64,000 nt of DNA, taken from positions 32,001 through 96,000 of the forward strand of contig CAWCKW010000012.1 in assembly GCA_963796285.1 (NCBI GenBank). The letters run 5' to 3'. Positions within the stretch are counted from its first letter, which is position 1, and each line of letters begins with the position of its first letter. Position numbers and translations under genes: made by a program. The stretch is from Nitrospirota bacterium. GTDB taxonomy: Bacteria > Nitrospirota > UBA9217. The notes beneath the pieces are model-generated. The model was not told where the DNA came from, did no database searches, and saw only the letters and a program-made list of their open reading frames with translations. Shown here one piece after another: positions 59,655 through 64,000 of the stretch.

Positions 59655-60500
59655 ATGGTGATTGAACGAAAATGGGAACACCTCAAGACCCTGCTTCATG
59701 AGATGAGACGGGCCGTTCTCGCCTATTCCGGCGGCGTGGACAGCTCGCTTCTGCTCAGGGCCGCATCCGAGGTCATGGGTCCGCGCCTCATCGCGGTTAC
59801 GGCTGTTTCCGAGACCTATCCTGCCGGTGAACTGCAAGCGGCGAAGGACTTTGCCCGATCGCTGGGCGTCACGCACCGCATCCTCCACACGGAAGAACTC
59901 ACCTCGGAATCCTTTGTCCAGAACCCCCCTGACCGCTGCTATTATTGCAAAAAGGAGCTGTTTGACAAGCTGAGGCGGATTGCCGAAGCAGAAGGGATCT
60001 CCGCTGTCATCGAAGGGTCGAACACCGACGACCTGAAGGACCATCGTCCGGGTCGAACGGCTGCGGAGGAATATGCCGTCCGAAGCCCGCTCGTTGAGGC
60101 CGGACTTTCGAAGTCCGAGGTCCGCGAACTCGCACGCAGCCTGCACCTGTCTGTCTGGGACAAACCGTCGCTTGCCTGCCTTTCCTCCCGCATTCCCTAT
60201 GGCACACGGATCACGCCTGCGATCCTCCAGGCCGTTCAGACGGCTGAGGACCACCTGCGCGCTCACGGGTTCCGGCAGGTGCGCGTGCGTCACCACGGAA
60301 ACACCGCGAGGATCGAGGTTGACCGGTCCGACTTTCCGAAGTTGCTTTCGGACGGTGTCGCGGACCAGATCACAGCGGCGCTGAAGGAGATCGGCTATAC
60401 CTACGTCTGCCTGGACCTCGCGGGATACAGGACAGGAAGTATGAATGAGGGAATGAAACTCAGGAGTCAGGTATCGGAAGTCAGGAGTCAGGAGAAATGA
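59655..60500 (+). CDS. larE: ATP-dependent sulfur transferase LarE
   Basis: AYSGGVDS, DRCYYCK, DDLKDHRPG, SLACLSSRIPYG, GYRTGSMN. Confidence 0.92.
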   Translation: MVIERKWEHLKTLLHEMRRAVLAYSGGVDSSLLLRAASEVMGPRLIAVTAVSETYPAGELQAAKDFARSLGVTHRILHTEELTSESFVQNPPDRCYYCKKELFDKLRRIAEAEGISAVIEGSNTDDLKDHRPGRTAAEEYAVRSPLVEAGLSKSEVRELARSLHLSVWDKPSLACLSSRIPYGTRITPAILQAVQTAEDHLRAHGFRQVRVRHHGNTARIEVDRSDFPKLLSDGVADQITAALKEIGYTYVCLDLAGYRTGSMNEGMKLRSQVSEVRSQEK

Positions 60501-60574
60501 AACAAAACACGATGGATCCTGCTTCTGAATTCTGGCTCCTCGGCTTCTGACGTCTCTTATTTAGGAGTTAACGA

Positions 60575-61852
60575 ATGAAGGTATTCGTTGTCGGCGGCGG
60601 CGGCAGGGAACACGCGCTCGTCTGGAAGCTTTCGCAGAGCCCGAAGGTCACAAAGATCTATGCAGCGCCGGGCAACGCAGGCATCGCGGGGCTCGCTGAA
60701 TGCGCGCCGATCAAGGCCGAGGATGTTCCCGGCCTGCTGGCGTTCGCCAAAGCCAAAGCGATCGATCTTACCATCGTCGGTCCTGAAGGACCGCTTTCGA
60801 TGGGCATCGTGGACGAATTCACCAAAGCCGGACTTCGCATCTTCGGGCCGAGCGGAAAGGCCGCCGAGATCGAGGCGAGCAAACGCTTTTCCAAGGACCT
60901 GATGAAGAAGTATCACATTCCCACTGCGGAGTATGGTGTATTCACCGACAAGACCGCGGCAGCGGCGTACGTGCGCGAAAAGGGCGCGCCCATTGTGGTA
61001 AAGGCCGACGGACTGGCGGCAGGCAAGGGTGTTGTCGTTGCCGAGACCGTGGAAGAGGCGCTCAAGGCCCTCGACGTCATCATGACCGAGAAGGCCTACG
61101 GCACGGCCGGTGAACGGGTGGTCATCGAGGAGTGCCTCAGAGGTGAAGAGGCGTCGTTCATGGCCTTTTCCGACGGCAGGACCGTTGTGCCCATGGCGTC
61201 GTCGCAGGACCATAAGCGCGTGTTCGACGCCGACAAAGGGCCGAACACCGGCGGCATGGGCGCCTATTCGCCGGCGCCGGTCGTGACGAAGCAGCTCGAG
61301 CGCAAGGTCATGGACACGATCATGATCCCCACGGTGCGGGCCATGGAAAAAGAGGGCCGTCTGTTCAAGGGCGTCCTGTACGCCGGGCTCATGATCCGGA
61401 ACAATGAGGCCAGGGTGCTCGAGTTCAATGCGCGGTTCGGCGATCCCGAGACGCAGCCGGTCATGGCGCGGCTCGATACGGACCTGATCGAGATCATCGA
61501 GGCCATTCTCGATGGACGATTGTCGACGCTGGAGATCAAGTGGAAGCCGGAATCCGCCGTCTGTATCGTCATGGCATCGGGCGGGTATCCCGGGAATTAC
61601 GAGAAAGGCAAGAAGATTACCGGGCTCGACAAGGCTGCGGGACTGAAGGGCGTGATGGTATTTCATTCCGGGACGGCCCTGAAGAACGGCAACATCGTGA
61701 CTGACGGCGGCAGGGTGCTCGGTGTCACGGGCCTCGGCCCGTCCGTGGCCGCTGCCATCGACAGTGCTTATAAAGGCGCGCGGGAGATCAGCTTTGACGG
61801 CGCGCACTATCGCAGGGACATCGGTGCGCGGGCGCTCGAGACGGTGAATTAA
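60575..61852 (+). CDS. purD: Phosphoribosylamine-glycine ligase
   Basis: GGGGREHAL, KADGLAAGKGV, QDHKR, GPNTGGMG, EFNARFGDPE. Confidence 0.97.
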   Translation: MKVFVVGGGGREHALVWKLSQSPKVTKIYAAPGNAGIAGLAECAPIKAEDVPGLLAFAKAKAIDLTIVGPEGPLSMGIVDEFTKAGLRIFGPSGKAAEIEASKRFSKDLMKKYHIPTAEYGVFTDKTAAAAYVREKGAPIVVKADGLAAGKGVVVAETVEEALKALDVIMTEKAYGTAGERVVIEECLRGEEASFMAFSDGRTVVPMASSQDHKRVFDADKGPNTGGMGAYSPAPVVTKQLERKVMDTIMIPTVRAMEKEGRLFKGVLYAGLMIRNNEARVLEFNARFGDPETQPVMARLDTDLIEIIEAILDGRLSTLEIKWKPESAVCIVMASGGYPGNYEKGKKITGLDKAAGLKGVMVFHSGTALKNGNIVTDGGRVLGVTGLGPSVAAAIDSAYKGAREISFDGAHYRRDIGARALETVN

Positions 61853-61858
61853 GATCCA

Positions 61859-62650
61859 ATGAGATCGCAGAACGCAAAGAGTGACCTGCACCATGCGACG
61901 ATCAGGAACATCGCGGGTTTTCTGAACAAGACGCTGCGGGTCAGGAACATAAAGGACTCGTCCCTGAACGGATTGCAGGTGAGATCCGGCAAGACTGGGG
62001 CGGTCCGAAAGGTCGGTTTTGCCGTCGATGCCTGCATTTCTACCTTTGAGAAGGCAAAAAAACTCGGTGTCGATCTCCTCGTGGTCCACCATGGAATCAA
62101 GTGGAGGCCGCAAAAGGACAGGGAACTGGAGACCAGGAGGGCAACGTACCTGAAGAGAAGCAATATCGCGCTGTATGCCGCGCATCTGCCGCTTGATCTC
62201 CATGAGGAATATGGGAACAATATGCAGTTGTGCCGCTTGCTGGACGTCCGGAAGCCGCGGAAATTCGGGAAATATCACGGCATCAAGATCGGCTATGCGG
62301 GGAACTTCGGAAAGGCGACCAGCCTGGACGCCGCGGCATCGGTCTTGAGCGAAGCATTGAATGTTGATTGCCGCGTATTTCAATTCGGCAACGATCGCAT
62401 CCGTTCGATCGGCATCATATCCGGCGGCGGCGGGAGCATGCTGAAAGATGCGGTCACCGAAAAGCTCGACTGTTTTCTCGTCGGAGAGATCGACCTTGCC
62501 GTATACAATGCGGCAAAGGAATACGGAATGAATGTTCTTGTCGCCGGCCACTATGCCACTGAAACCGTCGGCGTCAGGGCGTTGATGCCGCTTGTCAGCG
62601 ACGTATTCGGCGTTGAGACGGTCTTTATAGAAGATCCGAAGGACCTGTAA
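61859..62650 (+). CDS. Nif3/YbgI dinuclear metal-centre protein
   Basis: NGLQV, VHHG, HLPLD.H...GNN, GHYATE. Confidence 0.93.
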   Translation: MRSQNAKSDLHHATIRNIAGFLNKTLRVRNIKDSSLNGLQVRSGKTGAVRKVGFAVDACISTFEKAKKLGVDLLVVHHGIKWRPQKDRELETRRATYLKRSNIALYAAHLPLDLHEEYGNNMQLCRLLDVRKPRKFGKYHGIKIGYAGNFGKATSLDAAASVLSEALNVDCRVFQFGNDRIRSIGIISGGGGSMLKDAVTEKLDCFLVGEIDLAVYNAAKEYGMNVLVAGHYATETVGVRALMPLVSDVFGVETVFIEDPKDL

Positions 62651-62806
62651 ATGCAAAGAAAGGCCGAATCATTGGTTTTAAATCAAGTATTAAGGTTCCT
62701 TTGCGTCCTTTGCGGCTTTGCGCGAGACGCCTTTTGACTGATGTTTTTAGTTCCGGTTTATCCGGATCAGGCTATATAACATAAAAATAAATTCGAAGGG
62801 AGTCAT

Positions 62807-63487
62807 ATGGCTAAACCAGTCGTGGGGATATTGATGGGGAGTGATTCCGATCTGCCGGTGATGCAGGAGGCGGCGGCCATGCTTCAGGAATTCGGCATCG
62901 ATTACGAGATGACGATAGCGTCGGCGCACCGCACGCCGAAGAAGGTGCTTGAATACAGCGAGAGCGCGGAAAAGCGCGGGCTCAAGGTGATCATTGCCGG
63001 AGCGGGTTGGGCGGCGCACCTTGCGGGTGTGGTTGCATCGCAGACCACGCTGCCGGTGATCGGCGTGCCGATCGATTCGTCCCCCCTCAAGGGACTCGAT
63101 GCGATCCTTGCCACGGTGCAGATGCCGGGAGGCGTGCCGGTAGCGACCATGTCGCTCGGCAAGGCAGGCGCCAAGAACGCCGGTGTGTTCGCGGCGCAGA
63201 TCATCGCCGTGAGCGACGTGAAAGTGGCGAACCGCCTCAAGGTCTTCAAGGTCGAGATGGAACGAGAGGTGGAGGAAAAGGCCAAGCGGCTCATCGCGAT
63301 CATCTCGATCTCCGCACCCATCAAGGCGTCAGCACCTGCCAAGGTTCCGGCATCCGCCAAGATGGCCCCCCATACCGTGGAAGCGGAGCCCCTTGTTGAG
63401 GGCGCCCCGGTCAAAAAGAAAGCAAGGCGCAGACGATGGAAGAAAAAACCAGGCGGGGCCCCCCCGGCGCAGGGACCGGCAGCGTGA
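62807..63487 (+). CDS. purE: N5-CAIR mutase with C-terminal low-complexity extension
   Basis: MGSDSD, SAHRTP, AGAG.AAHL, QMPGGVPVAT. Confidence 0.95.
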   Translation: MAKPVVGILMGSDSDLPVMQEAAAMLQEFGIDYEMTIASAHRTPKKVLEYSESAEKRGLKVIIAGAGWAAHLAGVVASQTTLPVIGVPIDSSPLKGLDAILATVQMPGGVPVATMSLGKAGAKNAGVFAAQIIAVSDVKVANRLKVFKVEMEREVEEKAKRLIAIISISAPIKASAPAKVPASAKMAPHTVEAEPLVEGAPVKKKARRRRWKKKPGGAPPAQGPAA

Positions 63488-63575
63488 ACCCCGAACGAGA
63501 CGGCGCGCTGTTCCATGAAAAAAATCTCATTCTTCGACGCGTGACGAGGTGGGCCGATCCGCGTCTCTTTTCGGT

Positions 63576-64000
63576 TTGAAGACCGAGCTCGAGTGTCTGC
63601 CCTGCTTCTTCGGGCAGATAACCCGCACGCTGGGCTATGCAGGGGTGAACGGCGACCGAGGCCGCGGCATCCGTCGCATGGCGGAAACGGTGATCGAAAA
63701 CGCTTCCCTTGAGGAGGTTCCGGCCAGGACGACAACGCTCATTCACCGGATCCTGCGCAGCCAGACCGGCGTTGATCCTTATCAACAGGTCAAGGAAATG
63801 TATAACCGGATCGCACTCGACCGGCTTCCCGCGCTCAGGCGCATGGCTGCAGGAGCAGCCGATCGTCTTGAAGGCGGCGTGCGGATCGCGATCGCCGGCA
63901 ACGTGATCGATTTCGGCATCTACGACAGCGTTGACCTGGACCGCTCGCTTGAAGAGTCATTTCGCCTGCCCGTTGTCCGAAGCCGATTTTCGCGATTTTT
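63576..64000 (+). CDS. DUF89/ARMT1-like damage-control phosphatase (runs off window)
   Basis: Manual translation MKTELECLPCFFGQ...DPYQQVKEMYN...IAIAGNVIDFG. Confidence 0.85.
   Translation, partial: MKTELECLPCFFGQITRTLGYAGVNGDRGRGIRRMAETVIENASLEEVPARTTTLIHRILRSQTGVDPYQQVKEMYNRIALDRLPALRRMAAGAADRLEGGVRIAIAGNVIDFGIYDSVDLDRSLEESFRLPVVRSRFSRF

Noticed and set aside
60557-62656. 699-aa antisense ORF, and the other long antisense or overlapping ORFs in the track
   Set aside because: Shadow frames of GC-rich genes (purD/nif3, rnf, thiC, lpdA) with no recognisable motifs
62807-63487. LarB, given the nearby larE
   Set aside because: The motifs (MGSDSD, SAHRTP) are canonical PurE and purD is nearby
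1-64000. CRISPR array, prophage, intact transposase or integrase, DGR
   Set aside because: No regularly spaced repeats and no phage, integrase or reverse-transcriptase genes seen; the Avd-like fragment has no RT or TR/VR partner in the window

Overview
Bacterial chromosomal window, moderately GC-rich. The gene content suggests an anaerobic or microaerobic Nitrospirota/Desulfobacterota-like organism (inference). Housekeeping blocks: hpt-tilS-tRNA(CAU)-dksA-like, rnfCDGEAB, gcvH/lpdA, two tandem hybrid histidine kinases with duplicated 3' halves, cysM, degP, frameshifted addAB-like genes, fdx-trxA-tlpA, tRNA-Gly, cobUTSC, a TPP-riboswitch thiSGEC-M23-thiD operon, rph, larE-purD-nif3-purE. The main hidden signal is three in-frame UGA codons, each followed 11-12 nt later by a SECIS-like hairpin. 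(1) A TlpA-coupled lipoprotein would end in His-Cys-Sec-Gly, like the C-terminal redox tail of mammalian thioredoxin reductase. (2) A rhodanese-ferritin-like fusion has Sec at the catalytic position. (3) An adjacent secreted rhodanese carries a CxxxxU loop. The accessory region at about 44.2-55.4 kb has one intact and several degenerate attC-like sites (a decayed integron-cassette cluster; no integrase in the window). Many intergenic spaces hold palindromic elements built from 7-nt or 9-nt periodic arms, one leading into a truncated four-helix-bundle gene. Several single-base frameshifts in conserved genes look like assembly errors.
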